Source of the DNA: Carcharhinus longimanus | Lineage: Eukaryota | Assembly: GCA_030264375.1 (NCBI GenBank) | Contig: JASCQW010000190.1 | Location: 86,921,567-86,985,566 of the forward strand | DNA length: 64,000 nucleotides | Direction: 5' to 3' | In this document: positions 24,359 to 38,444 of the stretch, one piece after another | Layout: each line of letters opens with the position of its first letter | How positions within the stretch are numbered: the stretch's first letter is position 1 | Made by a program: the position numbers and the translations under genes | Notes under the pieces: model-generated | The model's database searches: none | Seen by the model: only the letters and a program-made list of their open reading frames with translations | Told to the model about the DNA's origin: nothing

Positions 24359-26264
24359 TTCTCTCATTCTCTCTTCTATCTTCCTTCATGCTATTTCTGA
24401 ACTTATACTCTGCTACATTGACCTCATTCTGACTAAATCTTAGTAAACTTAGTAATTCTTACTACATTTCTGACAGCTAGCTTTTCTTCCTAGCTCTCAC
24501 ACAAGCTGATGTTATGAAAGATTCCAACTTCTTGGATCCCCTAAACATTCAAACGATTAGCATCATCCTTTTTCAAAAATCCCATTCTTGTCCTCTTCTC
24601 TTTGCAGACCACCACCCTATTACCCTTACCTTAATGGGTTCTTAAACATTTATGCCAACTGTTTGTCACTTTCATGTTTGAATCTCTAATCAAGTTTCAC
24701 CCCAGCTACTGCATTGAATTGTTTCTCATTAATGTAAAACAAAATATGCTCATTGACTGGGGTGGCTTATGCTATCTCATCTCAGCCTTTGGCATAGTCA
24801 GTCACCTTAGCCTCCCCCAGTATTTTCCTTCATTGTTCTGCTCATTGGGTTAGCCGTGATTTGGTTCCATTCATACCAATCCAATTATAGTAACATCTCC
24901 AGTAATAACTTATCTTTCCACTCCCATCTCCTCTCACCATTTGCCTTGTATTTAGCCACATGCTATCTATTGGACATGCAGGTTAGCTTCTACATGTATG
25001 TTGATGATGCCCAGTTCGACCTCCGAGTGTTGCCATATTGTTTATCCATTAAATGCGCCAAAGTTTCCCCCATTACACTTTTAGAATTCTGAATTGACTC
25101 CCAGTATCCCACTGTCTACAATGTAATATTTTCATCATTGTGTTTAATTGCCTTCATAGCTTTTCCCTTTCTTAATAACCTCACTTAGACCTACAACTAG
25201 TCATTCCCAGATCATCTGTCAGTTCTTCGGACTCCAGTCGATTGTTTATGTCACCTATCACTGGTAGCTTGCCATCATCCATCTAGGCCACAGACTCTGG
25301 AATTTCCTGCCTAAATCTCTCTGTCTCACCACCAATCTTTCCTTTGAGATATTCTCTAAAATTCACCTCTTTGATCGAATATTTGTTGGCTGTTAGAATT
25401 CGTCATCAAGGAGGAAATAGCGAGGCATCTTGAGGGGAATTGCTTGATAGAGCAGACGCAGCACGGTTTCGTTAAGNNNNNNNNNNNNNNNNNNNNNNNN
25501 NNNNNNNNNNNNNNNNNNNNNNNNNNNNNNNNNNNNNNNNNNNNNNNNNNNNNNNNNNNNNNNNNNNNNNNNNNNNCCATGATCTTATTGAATGGCGGGG
25601 CAGGCTCGAAGGGCTAGATGGCCTACTCCTGCTCCTATTTCTTATGTTCTATTCCAAAATCATTTTCTTTCGTTCAGCGTTCATTCTGATTTGCAATATT
25701 TTTATGCATTAAATGTTCCATAAAACTTTTTAAAATCTTTCTCAAAGCTTAACTTTTCCACCAAATTTTAAGTCGTCTCTCCTAATCTTCTTCCGTAGGT
25801 TGCCATGTGTTCCCATCATTCTTCTCACTCTTGCAACACAATGTCAAAGGCCCCAAAATAATCTAGATTGTAATTGTTGACTGCTCCCAATTATCCTGGA
25901 ACTGTTCAATTAAACTTTAACAGCAACAATAACATTCATTTATACAGTGTTTTAATATAATAAAATTTCCTGAGACACTTCACAGGATTGTCATCAAGTA
26001 GAACTTGATATTAAACCACGTAAGGAGATACGAGGATAAGTAACCAAAATTCATGGACTTTAGTGAACATCTAAAAGGGGGAGAAAATGTAGTACGGTTT
26101 AGGGAATGAATTTCAGAATTTAAAGCCTAGACTGTTGAATGCATCATTACCAATACTGAAACAGAGAAAATTCAGATGCACAAGAGAACCAAATTTTGGA
26201 AGGGCCTAGAGATCTGTGAGAGTTGTAGGGCTGTAGGAGGTTTTGGAGATGAAGAGAAATAGAA

Positions 26265-27880
26265 ATATAGAAAGTAGGAAAGCAGGAGTAGGCCATTTGG
26301 CCCTTCAAAACTGCCTGCTGCACCACCATTCATTATGATGGGTGATCGTCCAACTCAGTAGCCTGATCCTACCTTTCCCCCTCCATAATCTTTGATCCCC
26401 TTTGCCCAGGGGCTCCTTTTTAAAAGCGTAGTGTTTTGGAGTCAACTGCTTTCTGTGGTAGCAAATTCCACACTTACCATCCTCTGGGTGAAAATTTCTC
26501 CTCATCTTAGTCCCAAAAGGTATCCTTAGTCTATGACCCCTAATTCTGGGCACCCCACCATCAGGAACATCCTGCGTTTACCCTGTCTAGCCTTGTCAGA
26601 ATTTTATAGATTTCTATGACACTCGCTCATCTAAACTCCAGTGAATATAATCCTAACTGATTAAATCTCTCCTCCTGCCATTCCAGGAGTCAGTCTAGTA
26701 AACTTCACTCACTCCCTCTATAACATAAGGAGCATTCTTCCTTAGATAAGGAACCAAAACTGAGTACAGTATTTCAGGTATGGCTCACCAAAGGCCTATG
26801 TTATTATATCAAGATATTCCTGATCCTACACTCAAATCCTCTTGTAATGAAGGCCAACATAACATTTTCTGCCTTTACCGCCTGCTGCACCTGCATGTTT
26901 ACTTTTAGCGACAGGTGTATGAGGACATCCAGGCTCATTGCACATTTCCCCCTCTTAATTTATAACCATTTAGATAATCTGTTTTTGCTACCAAGGTGGA
27001 TAACCTCATATTTATCCACATTATGCTGCCTCTGTCATGCATTTGGCCATTCAGTCAGCTTGTCCAAATCACACTGAAGCATCTCTGAATCCTCCTCACA
27101 GCTCACCCTCCCACCCATCTATGTCATCTGCAATTCTGGAGATATTACATTTAGTTCCTTCATCTAAATCATTAGTATATATTATGAAAATCTGGGATCC
27201 CAGCACTGATCCCTGAGGTACCTCACTAGTCACTGCCTGCCATTTGGAAAATGACCTATTTATTCCCACTCTGTTCCCTGTCTGCCAACTAGTTTTCTAT
27301 CCATCTTAATACCCTACCCCCCCAATCCCATGTGCTTTAATTTTACAGACTAGTCTCTTGTGTGGGACTTTATCGAACATCTTCTGAAAGTCCAAATAAA
27401 CCACATTCACTGGCTCCACCTCATCAAATCTACTAGTTATATCCTCAAAGAATTCCAGTAGATTTGTTGACCATGAGTTCTCTTTCACATATCCATGCTG
27501 ACTCTGTATGATTCTACCATTGTTTATCAAGTGCTCTGCTACTAATGAGTTCCAGAATTTTCCCCACTACTGACATTAGGCTGGCTGGTCTATAATTCCC
27601 TGTTTTATTTCTATCTATCTTTTTAAATAGTGGGGTTACATTCGCTACCATCCAATCTGTAGGAACTGTTCCAGAGTCTAAAGAATCTTGGAAGATCACC
27701 TATGCATTCACAATTTCTGGGGCCGCTTCCTTATGTAACCTGCGATGTAGATGATCAGGTCCTGGGGGTTTATCAGCCTTTAACCCCCATCAACTTCCCC
27801 AACTGCATTTCTTTACTAACTGATTTCCTTCAGTTCCTCCCTCTCACTAAACTTGTGTTCCTCAACATTTTTGTTATGTT
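26265..27880 (-). mobile_element. CR1 LINE, 5'-truncated and degenerate (RT to 3' tail)
   Basis: W.VANVTPLFKK..GNYRP.SL, SQHGYVK..TNLLEFFEDIT..VYLDFQK.FDKVPH, plus the 3' tail. Confidence 0.9.
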
Positions 27881-27884
27881 ATTT

Positions 27885-28235
27885 CTTAGAATCCCTACAG
27901 TGCTGAAGAGGCCATTCAACCCATTGAGTCTGCACTAACTCTCTGACAGAGTATCTCACCCAAGTCCTCTTCTCCACTCTATCCCTATAACCCCACATGT
28001 TTACGATGGCTAATCCATCCCTAACCGACACATCCTGGGATACAAAAGAGTAATTTAGTATGGCCAATCCAGCTAACCTGCACATTTTTGGATTGTGGGA
28101 GGGAACTGGAACACCCAGAGGAAACATACAGGGAGAACATGCAAACTCCACACAGACAGTCATCCAAGGCTGAAATTGAATCCGCGTTCCTGGAGCTATG
28201 AGGCAGCAGTGCTAACCATTGCTACAGTGCCGCAC
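27885..28235 (-). mobile_element. HE1-like SINE
   Basis: Full head, core and tail on the minus strand. Confidence 0.8.
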
Positions 28236-29074
28236 CTAATTATTTCTGTCTTCCATTGTGAAGAGAGGCAAGGCCATGGAGGATTTTGAAACCAAAATGA
28301 CAATTTTAAAATTGAATTGTTTGCCATTCCAAGCATCAGGATAGTTCAGTGAGCACAAAGGTGATGTAATCTGAATTTAGTGTGAATTAAGATTTGGGCA
28401 GCAAGAAGTTGATTTATTATTGTCACGTGTATTGGGATACAGTGACATGTATTGTTTCTTGCATGCTATATAGATAAAAACATAACATTCGTAGAAGGAA
28501 AGGATAGCATGCAAAATATAGTGTTGCAGTCATAGCTAGGGTGCAGAGAAAGATTAACTTAATATAAGGTAACTCCATTCAAAAGTCTGATGGCAGCAAG
28601 GAGAAAGTCTAGAGAAGGTTTAATATGGGGTTGGGGATAAGCCAAGAAAGCATTTGAATAGTTATTTATTTGAGAAGTACTCCCAACATGCATAGACAAC
28701 ATTTCTTACATTTGTGAGCACACAGCTAACCCTTCAATATCTCAAAATGGAAATAGGAAGAGCACCTCTGAATCCACTGACCTACATCCTGTAACACTTG
28801 AGTGCAAGTTGACCACAAACCATGCAACGCTTCACTGACTACTAATCTTAAGTATAATATGGCACAATGGAGGAACAAGGTGTTGTACTAATATTTGTGA
28901 ACAGGTTGAAGTTGTAAGGTTTTGAAGCATACAGATTAGTGAAATTTAACATAAACAGTGCTGCAATGTAGATCCTATTATTTCCTTATTTCCTTTTCTT
29001 TGAATACATACATATATAGGAACATACAAATTCAGAACAGGAGTTGACCACTTGGCCCTTCAAGCCTGCTCCAT

Positions 29075-30082
29075 CATTCAATACTGGCTCCTGAACTTCC
29101 TAACCCACACACCGCAATCAGTAAGGATTAGCAGCAACACTTCCTTCACGATCATTCTCAACACCGATGCCCCGCAAGGCTGTGTCCTCAGCCCCTTACT
29201 GTACTCCTTATACAGCTATGGCTGTGTGACCAAATTCTCCTCCAATTCGATTTTCAAGTTTGCTAATGACCCCACTGTAGTGATTGGATCTCAAACAATG
29301 AAGAGACGGAGTGCAGGAAAGAGATAGAGAATCTGGTGAACTGGTGCGACAACAATAATCTCTTCCTCAATGTCAACAAAACGAAGGAGATAGTCATTGA
29401 CATCAGGAAGCGTAGAGGAGAACATGTCCCTGCTTACATCAATGGGGACAAAGTAGAAATGGTAGAGACCTTCAAATTTTTAGATGCCCGGATCATCAAC
29501 AATCTGTCGTGGTCACTCCATTCTGCCTCTACTTTCTCAGGAGGCTAAGGAAATTTGACATGTTCGCTACAACTTACACTAACTTTTATAGATGCACCGT
29601 AGAAAGCATTCTTTCTGGTTGTACCACAGCCTGGTATAGCTCTTGCTCTGTCCATGACCACAAGAAACTGCAACGGGTCATGAACGAAGTTCAGTCTATC
29701 ACTTAATCCAGCCTCCCACCCATTGACACTGTCTACACTTCCCACTGTACTGGCAAAGCAACTGGCATAATCAAGGACCCCACACACCCCAGACATACTG
29801 TCTTCGCCTTCTTCCGTCAGGAAAAACAAACAGAAGTCTGGGGATAATAGCCAACCGATTTCGAGAACAGCTTCTTCCCTGCTGCCACCAGACTTTTGAA
29901 TAGACCTACCTTGCATTAAGTTGATTTTTTTTTCTACACTCTAGCTATGACTAACACTACGTTCTGGACTTTCTTCTTTCCTTCTCTACGTACAGTATGC
30001 TTAATCTATATAACGTACAAGAAACAATACTTTTCACTGTATACTAATATATGTGACAATAATAAATCAAATTAAATCAATA
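29075..30082 (+). mobile_element. Rex1/Babar-like non-LTR retrotransposon, 3' portion, inserted into a CR1 tail
   Basis: APQGCVLSPLLYSLY..KFAND..WCDNNNLFLNVNKTKEIVID..LYFLRRLRKF..NFYRCTVESIL, with an AATAAATCAAATTAAATCAA tail. Confidence 0.8.
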
Positions 30083-33000
30083 AGATCGTGGCTGAATTGA
30101 TTGTATCCCACATTCCAGTCTATCTAGCCCCCTCCCGCCCCCTATAACCTTGTTAATCAAGAATCTATCTAGCTCAGCCTTAAAAATATTTAAAGACTGC
30201 TTCCTCTGCCTTTTGAGGGAGAGAGATCCAGATGACTCACGACTGAGAAAGAAAATTTCTACTCATCTGTCTTAAGTGAACAACCCTTTGTTTTTAAACA
30301 GTGTGNNNNNNNNNNNNTATAGGTTCACCAACATAAGGAAATATGCACTCCACTGCTGCTCCCCCCCCCCCCCCAAACAAACTGTATTACGAAGATTATT
30401 ATTCTTGGAAGTAAGTCTTATTTGTCTATGAGTTTTCCAGTTTTTCATGAGGAATAACAGGTAGGTTACAAGAAAATAATAAGATTGCTTTCTTGTAAAT
30501 TTTCTTAAATTATGAGCGGGTGGTGTGGGTGGTTCATGAACTGTAGTACTGAAGCAGTCTCTTTTTTTGTGTGCTGAGCTGAAATGAAGGGACATTCTCC
30601 ATGCCGCAACTATATTTTCCTACCAATGAATATCAGTTGATCCACAGTGAATTTTATCACAATATTGTAATTTAATACTAAACTGGAGATACTTTTCATA
30701 TCAATGAGTACAATACTTCCTTTGACAACTTTATTAGAATGAATTTGCACAGTATAAACAGTATTTTTGAGGTCATACAGAATTATTTTAGAAAAGTAAA
30801 AAGACAAAAGTTAAGACTGCTCTTTCATGTGGTGGCTTTGGAGCTGATGAACTAATCTGCTAAATAGTAGCAGATCTAAGGCTGCAAAGGCAGCAGACTG
30901 AATGGATTACAAAGTAACTAAAAGCGTCAAGTGATTATCCAAGTAAGTCAAGTTACAAGGCAGTTTGAGATCATTTAATCTTTGGAATTAATTGAGTTGT
31001 GCTTAGACTAGATTTCAATGCATACTGAATGGAACAATTTTTATAGCCGCATCAGACTTCACCTAATGACTCTACGCAGCAATTATATTATGAAAACTGA
31101 CTGTTAACCCACTTTCTCTAATTAAATCTTTATTCAATAATTCAAGTCTATAGATCCAGCATATCTCACGGAGCCTTTGTTGCACTTAAGTATCGGGCAT
31201 TCTATTACTGGAATCATGATTCTATTTTGGCTGAGACCAAAACATGATGCTGAATTATTTTTAAAAACCTCAATTTGTAATGCACTTGACTACTTGGCCT
31301 TTTATAATTGGAGTTATATGCATAACAAATTTTGGGTTTTTTCTTAACTTACAACTCTTTATACATATTGCTGTTTTAGCAGGTCTATATTTCCTGTAAT
31401 TTATTAATTCACTGTGATCCTTATCATGCTACGTGTTTCTAAATATGCCAGTTAAGGGATTTGTCACCAGATTAGAGAATGTAGTCAATTACTTACTGCA
31501 TGGTTGCAGTTTAAGAAGACTTGAAATTCAATTGCAAATCTAGACTGTCATCTAATTTGTGAACTATTACGAGGAAGTATTAACGTTTAATGAGAAAGGA
31601 AAGTAAAAAAGTCACAGCCTTTTTATTAAAAATAATTAGCCTTTAGAGAATCTTGATTTTATTTTTTAACTTTAATGTTGATGGTTAACCACATTTTTAA
31701 TGTTAACCACTTGCTAGGCACTTCATGATGCACTATTAAGGAGGAAAAAAAAACAGGGCTTCAATTTCAGATTGATCTAAGCTATTCTGGAGGGATCTCT
31801 GGGCTCAGCCAGTTCTGGAGCCAGTGTAAACTCTTTCTCTTTTTAAAGTAGCTATTCCAGGACATAAACTGGTGTCATTGGAATGATACAGTGACAACAG
31901 AGACCTGTTCCTCCCTCAAGAATCTCCTTTCTGACCAAAATTTGACATTCCTGTGAATGTGAAATGAACTGATAGTACAGTTTTCTTTATAGGACAGGAG
32001 AATCTCTCAACTTGTACTTTAAATCACCTTGATATTCTCAGATGTATGATTATTAATAATAAAGGTAAAAATGGCAACTTTTCTACTTTATCAATGACAA
32101 TTCAAATACTTTATCCAGTGATGATTGCTTCGTGCAGACCTGATAGCTGTAGGTTTGATTTCTGAGTTAGCTGTGAACCCGCAGTTGGGGAGAAACTGAG
32201 AAGCAGGATTTTCCCTCCTAATTGTTATTCAATGCAAAAGTGATTACCTGCAAACTTTAGGTGAATGTAGAACTAGGAGCAGACTGTTGAACTTCTCAAA
32301 TCTGCTCCACCAGTCAAATAGGTTTTGATTTTTCAGAGCCTCAATTCTTGTCTATCTGCTTTAAAGCTATATGATTTGCTACCCTTAGCTGACCAGGAAT
32401 TTGACTGCAGTCATGAAAGTTCACATTGATGTGTCAGGGTTCTCTTGGATAACAGCAATCTAAAGGCACTCTGTCAACTCCTTACACAAACAGCGCTGGG
32501 CACCATACATCCAATGCAAGGTCTTTAATTCCTTGTACACAAGGAGAACTCTTCACAGCTAGCTCGGGATGACCAGAGCAGTTCTGAGGTTACAGAGAAA
32601 CAGCTCAGCAGTTAAAGTCAATTACAGCAAATCAGCAAAAAGAGATTTTTCACATCTTTCATTGGCATACATATTTGCCAATTAAATCCTGGCCTTTTGC
32701 CCTTTCTCATTCAATTAAAAGATTGACTTCTGCTAATCCTTCATTTGTATAGCATATTCTCATATCTTGCCTTTGGTATTTGTATGGAAGAAAACCTGGT
32801 CTTGTTCACCCTCTGGTGAAGGCCGAAAAAAGAAAATGTTATGGGGGCCTGTGAAGAAATAGCTGAGACTGACTCCTTTTGAAAGTCAGTAAGCTGATAA
32901 ATATTTTCCACTACTGTACAGAGAAAGCAAGAATTTTTTAATTTGAACACTTTAACTTCCACACAGTTTAACTTCCAAACTATGAATCTTCAATCTGAAC

Positions 33001-33192
33001 CTTTTAACTTCCATAGATGCAGTGCCTCCAATCTTTTGCAAGAAAAATTCCAGAGCACCACTACCCTTTGTGTGAAAATGCTTCAGGATTTCCCTCCCAA
33101 GTTGCCAAAATTATATCTTTTCTTTTTTGATTCTCTCACCAGAGGAAACAGTCTGAATCTATATTGAATTCTGCTAACGTTTTAAATGACAC

Positions 33193-35880
33193 TGTCATGG
33201 CATGTGGTATTTCAAAATTTGAAATAATCAACTTTTAGACACACTTGCTGGAGCTTACTTTGAATATATTCTTTCCAGATTTTACCATGTCCTGGTGATA
33301 TACGGTGTTGTTTTGATACGTTGACTGAAGTACAGTCGTCAGCGTGTGACATTTTGAATATCCATTTATACATGTGCGTGATTGATTCAGGAACTATACT
33401 ATCATGTCATCCCTCATTGTTTATTAATTCAAAATGAGGATGGAATCAAGCTTGATAGGGTGATCCTATAGTGCAATTTGTTTACTAATAGCTACTGTGT
33501 TTACACATGAATGTGCACATGGATTAGGTAACTGTTGTAGTGACTGAAGACGTGCCTTTGATCGAAACCCAGAATTTCCAAGGTATTGCTCAGTAAATGC
33601 AAATCTTCTATCAGTCATTATACTCAGTAAGAAAGTTGATCAGGAGGATGTCTGTTCCTCTCTGGTTTATATAACGTTCTGGAATTTGGCTGTTTTTGAC
33701 CTAAGAAGGATGATTGGAACTTCAGTAGACACTTCTTCTCATCAAACTAATTCTGTATCATTCTCATTCCGTATAGTAGCAGGACACAATCATCAGATTC
33801 AACTAAGTTTTTGTGAGTAGTATTCACAGCACACAATAAACACCACGTTGGAAGGTTCATTCAAGCTTTCTTGACACGAATGGTTTTAGGTCAGGATGTG
33901 TTCCATATGTCATTCCTTTCAATACTATATTCATCACATACACCATCAAGAGATCATTTCTGGACATGAGATGTTGTCACAAGCAAATGGTCTATGAGTG
34001 AAAAATAAAGAATATTAGCAAAACTAGCTGGTGGTACCTGTTCAATAGGTAAAGGTAAACCATGATAATGCATTAGCATGGCACTCTGATTGATGACACA
34101 TTATATCATAAGAGTGTGTAGACAAGATCATTGATCATCTTTACAATATGCTAGCAGCTAACAATAGTATATTTTTATACTGCCCAAAAATAATAGTTCA
34201 GGGTTGATGATCAGTCAATAACATAAGATGACAACCATATAAAAAATGATGAAACCTTCTTACACCAAAGATTATACCCAATGCTTCTTTTTCTAGCTGA
34301 GCATAGTTAGATTTCAGCACTAATCAGATTGGGGAAGAACGAAGAATAGCTTTTGCTTTGCACAAAGGCACAATATGTGACATTGTCCCTATTCCATAAA
34401 GTGAGGCATTGCAAGAAAGCAGTAGTGGTAGCTTCAGATTAAAATTAACCAATATGTCAGACTTCTGCATAGCATCTTTGTCATGCTGATATGCTTTCTT
34501 GCTTTCTGTTGTCTAGTCCCATGTCTATTTCGCACACAGTAAATTATGGAATGGCTTCAATAATAGAGCTAAGTTAGAAAGAAATTTGCTATAATCATTT
34601 ACTAATCCCAGAAAAAAATCAATTCCTTCACATTCATTGGACGTGGTGTATTTAAAATAGCGTTTTTTTTAGGTGTTTCACATGACCTTTAGTATCAATA
34701 ATGTGACCCAAAAATTGGAGTGACCTCTGGAAAAAAGTCACACTTTTCTTTCTTGATACCCTGACCATATACGTGAATATCTTCCAAAGTTGCTTCTAAG
34801 TTATTCAAGTGCTCTTGTTGACTGGGCCTTGTAATTAGAATATCATCAAGGTAACATTGTACACCAAAGACACCATTTAAAATCTGATCCATTGATCTTT
34901 TGAATAGGACTGGTACGGATAGGTTAAGTTGAAGTTTATTTGTCAGTGTCACAAGTAGGCTTATATTAACACTGCAATGACGTTACTGTGCAACTGTAAT
35001 TGGATGTTATTCCAAAAGATAATCTTTTATAATGAAAAAGACCTTTATGAGTAATAATGGTTAGCAACAGCTGAGATTCAGCAGTTACATTCATCTGTAA
35101 AAATGCTTGTTGAATTTCTGTCTACCTGATAACCCAGCAAACAATCTTCAATTGAAAGAAGTGGATATTGATCAGCACACAACACTGTTTTAAATTGCCA
35201 CCAATACAGAAGAACCATCTGGTTTCATAAGAGATATGATGGGAGTAGCCCCGTCACTCATTCTAACCAGCTCTAACATACCAGTGTTAACAAGTCGTAC
35301 TAATCCTTCTTCAAACTTGGGATGAATTACATATGACACCACTCTTGCTATGAGACTTTTTGGTTGGCCGTCAGGCTTTTTCTTGAGTTTAATTTGAACT
35401 CCTTCATTGAGCCCAGTGTCTTTTTGAAAATCCGATTGTGCTGTAGATCTTTTTTGGAAGTGACCAATCTATTGACAGTATGAGCTTTTAACGTCTCCAA
35501 CCATGATCGCCCATGTAGAGCTGGAAAATTACCATGGACCATATGGAGAGGCATAGACATGCTTGTCCTCTCAACACTGTTGACCATGATGTAACCTTTT
35601 AATGGCACAGTCTCCCCCATGTGTGTCCTTAGGTTAACGTCTGCTGGTTTTAAAGGATAATGCTTCAGCTTTTGCTGGTATTTGGTGTCAAGAATTAATG
35701 ATTCAGCCACACCAGTATCAATTCTATCCTAATATGTTGTCTGCTTAACTTCAGAATCTATGTGATTTACCCAGTATGGATGTGATGTTCTGTTGGAGCT
35801 CTTTATTATATATTTTTCAGTCATATTTTTTTCGTCCATGTGTAAATTACTTTTGTAGAATGTAATTTGTAATGTAATCC
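33193..35880 (-). mobile_element. Decayed Ty3/Gypsy LTR retrotransposon (protease, RT, RNase H; integrase largely lost)
   Basis: Minus strand carries IDTGVAESLI (protease, about 35720), ATPIISLMKPDGS and QCYLDDILIT (RT, about 35230 and 34850), and [30 protein letters not shown] (RNase H, about 34200-34310). Many stops and frameshifts. Left boundary uncertain. Confidence 0.85.
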
Positions 35881-36550
35881 CTCCTGGGCTGGATAATGCC
35901 TCTCCGTGGCCCCCCAAAAAAAAATCCTCTCCCCACAACATCGCTTGACTGCCTTACACCCCCACTGATCTCAGGCATAGTGGCAGCAGACCCCCTTCAC
36001 CCCCACTGATCTCGTAACGTGACAGCAGATTCCCTCTTCCCCCCATCGATCACAGGCAGAGTGGCAGCAGACCCCCTCCACCCTCACTGATCTCAGGCAG
36101 CGGACTCATCTCCCCCACCCCCACCGATATCAAGCACAGTGGCATGGACTCTCCTCCCCATTCACCGATCTCAGGCAGAGTGATCCCCCTCCCCCTTCCC
36201 CCCACTGATCAGACCCTCTTCCCCCTCATTGAACTAAGCAAGAGCCATCAGACACTAAGCACCCAGCTCCTCACTAACTGGAGTGCCTGAATTGGACTTT
36301 TATGGAGCGTGTCAGTTTTATGCCAATTCTGGATAGATGAGCACGGTGGTAAAGGGGGAAGTGCCGGTAAAGCTGATTGTGCAACCCGTCGCCGTCGTTT
36401 CGGGCGCGGTCCCGATTGTGGCCATTTTCGGGCCTTGGTGAAGGAGGAACCAGTGTGGAGGTGGGTGTGGATCGGGCTACTCGCCTCACGCCCGGCTTTG
36501 CCAAGTTTTTGTGCCTGAAAACAGTGCAACATGATGGTAAACCAAGCCTT
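35880..36550. mobile_element. Non-autonomous DNA transposon end with internal minisatellite
   Basis: The segment at about 36310-36550 is shared with 43750-43986, ending GGTAAAA(T/C)CA(G/A)GCC. Confidence 0.6.
35959..36215 (+). repeat. About 40-bp degenerate tandem repeat, about 7 copies (CCCCACTGATCTCAGGCAGAGTGGCAGCAGAC..)
   Basis: Units start near 35960, 36001, 36041, 36081, 36120, 36161 and 36200. Confidence 0.75.
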
Positions 36551-38031
36551 TAAACTTTTTTGGGGAGAATTCTGGCCATGGCTGTTTTAATTTTCCACGG
36601 CCCAAAGTCTGAACTGACCTTTGCTCAGCCTTATGCAATAAGGAACCCAAATCATGTTCCGAGATGTTCTGACCTCTCTTCTTCCTGATTACATTTTGAG
36701 TTTCCATATTCTATATTAAAACACAGGAACACTTATTAGTATGCTACATGTAAAGTTCTGCAAATTTAAATAGTAGTTTCACAGATTTAAAACAAGTACC
36801 AAAACTGACATTCATTTATTCATATTTAATAATATTCATGTTCAATCATAAAATAAAATTAAAAATTACACTTTAAATAAGCTAATCACAAAAGATTAAC
36901 TGTTTCAAAGAAATAGTAAAAAATAATGAAAAAAACAACGTAGATTTATAATAGCAAGGAATTTGTTTGATTTCTCAGTCTTTATTTTGAAACTCTTGTT
37001 TAACAGCTAGACCGCAATGGGTGTTCCCAGTCTGGTCCCATCATTCCCAATTAGAACAGACCTGAGCTGTAATGAAGGAATCAGGAAATGGAGTAAGAAG
37101 GCAAATCCACAGCAAGAGGTAAAAATGTTGTGGAGATTGAAACAGGAAATAGTAAGGTCTGGCTGATTTTTCAATTCTGTTGTTAGATTGAAAGTTTTGC
37201 TGGAATTTCAGTATGAAGGTATTTGTGAATGTGATATTTTGAGTGATTTTTTTGTTTTCAAGTGCTTTGAACTGTATGTCCTTGGGTTTGCTGGCTGGGA
37301 TTAACACGCAAAATTTGGCATCTTCTGGATTTTTAATACATTGTAGGATTCGATACTTTAATGGTGCATGAAAATGTGAATTCAGTTGTTGAATATCTTC
37401 AGTTGAATTTAAGTTGTGTGCTCAAGATATGGAATTCTCTAGAACAAGGCTCCTGTGCATCACTTGAGTATCACAGACAATAATATAAAACCTTTACAAA
37501 TGTGAAGAGAGAAACATTCTTCTTCAGACCTTCAATGACTTCTTTGAAATCACCTGTATTGTTGCTGATCAAAGTGATTCCATCGATCTGCTAAGGGAAA
37601 CTTTTGACGAATGTCTCTGAGAAAAGGTCTGTGGAGAAACTGAACTGACCACAGAAATTGAACTGACCACATCTGTAGTTTCTTCATTCATTTCAAAACT
37701 GAGAAATATCTGATTAGAGGTAAATAGATAGATGTAGCAGTGAATTGCAGACCATTGCAGGATCTTATAGCCTTTTCCTCTTTTCAGATACACAAGGATG
37801 TATTCATAGAGTCCTTGGCTGAAATTCTTCGGTCATTCACATCAGCAAGTTCCTCCTGTCCTACCAGCAGTGCACCCCTGCCCATGGGTTTTGTGGCAAT
37901 GTTGGGTGATATTAATGGGAAAATTCCATTGACAGCAGTGGGACCAGGGAATCCTGCCGCCAGTGAACAAAACACTGCCTTACACCACCGGAAAACACAT
38001 GGCTGTGAGGCCAGAAAATCTCACCAGCAAA

Positions 38032-38420
38032 GTCATAGAATCATAGAGCCATATAGTACAGAAGGAGCCCTTCAGCCCATCAACTTTGCACCGACAATCA
38101 AAAACTACATTAAATTGACACTAATCCCACTTTACAGCACTTGGCCTATGGCTTTGAATGTAATGGCATTTCAAGTGCTCATTCACTTAAAGGTTGTGAT
38201 ATTTCCCGCCTCTCTTACCCACCCAAGCAGTGCGTTCCAAACTCCTATCACTCTCTGATTAAATCATTCTTCGTCAATTCCCCTCTAAGTTCCTGCCTCT
38301 TACATTAAAATTATGCTCCCCCGTTATTGACCCTTCAACAAAGAGGACAGCTGCTTCCTATCCATCTTGTCCATACCCCTCATAATCTTATAGACTTTAA
38401 TCAGATCCCTCCTCAGCTTT
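38032..38420 (-). mobile_element. CR1 LINE 3' end
   Basis: TCATAGAATCATAGA tail and a reverse-oriented RT C-terminus. Confidence 0.75.
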
Positions 38421-38444
38421 CAAGAAAAAAACTGAACCAATGGA

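Noticed and set aside
37740-38258. 172-aa plus-strand ORF
   Set aside because: It is a chimeric read-through across unique DNA, a MITE and an antisense CR1 tail.
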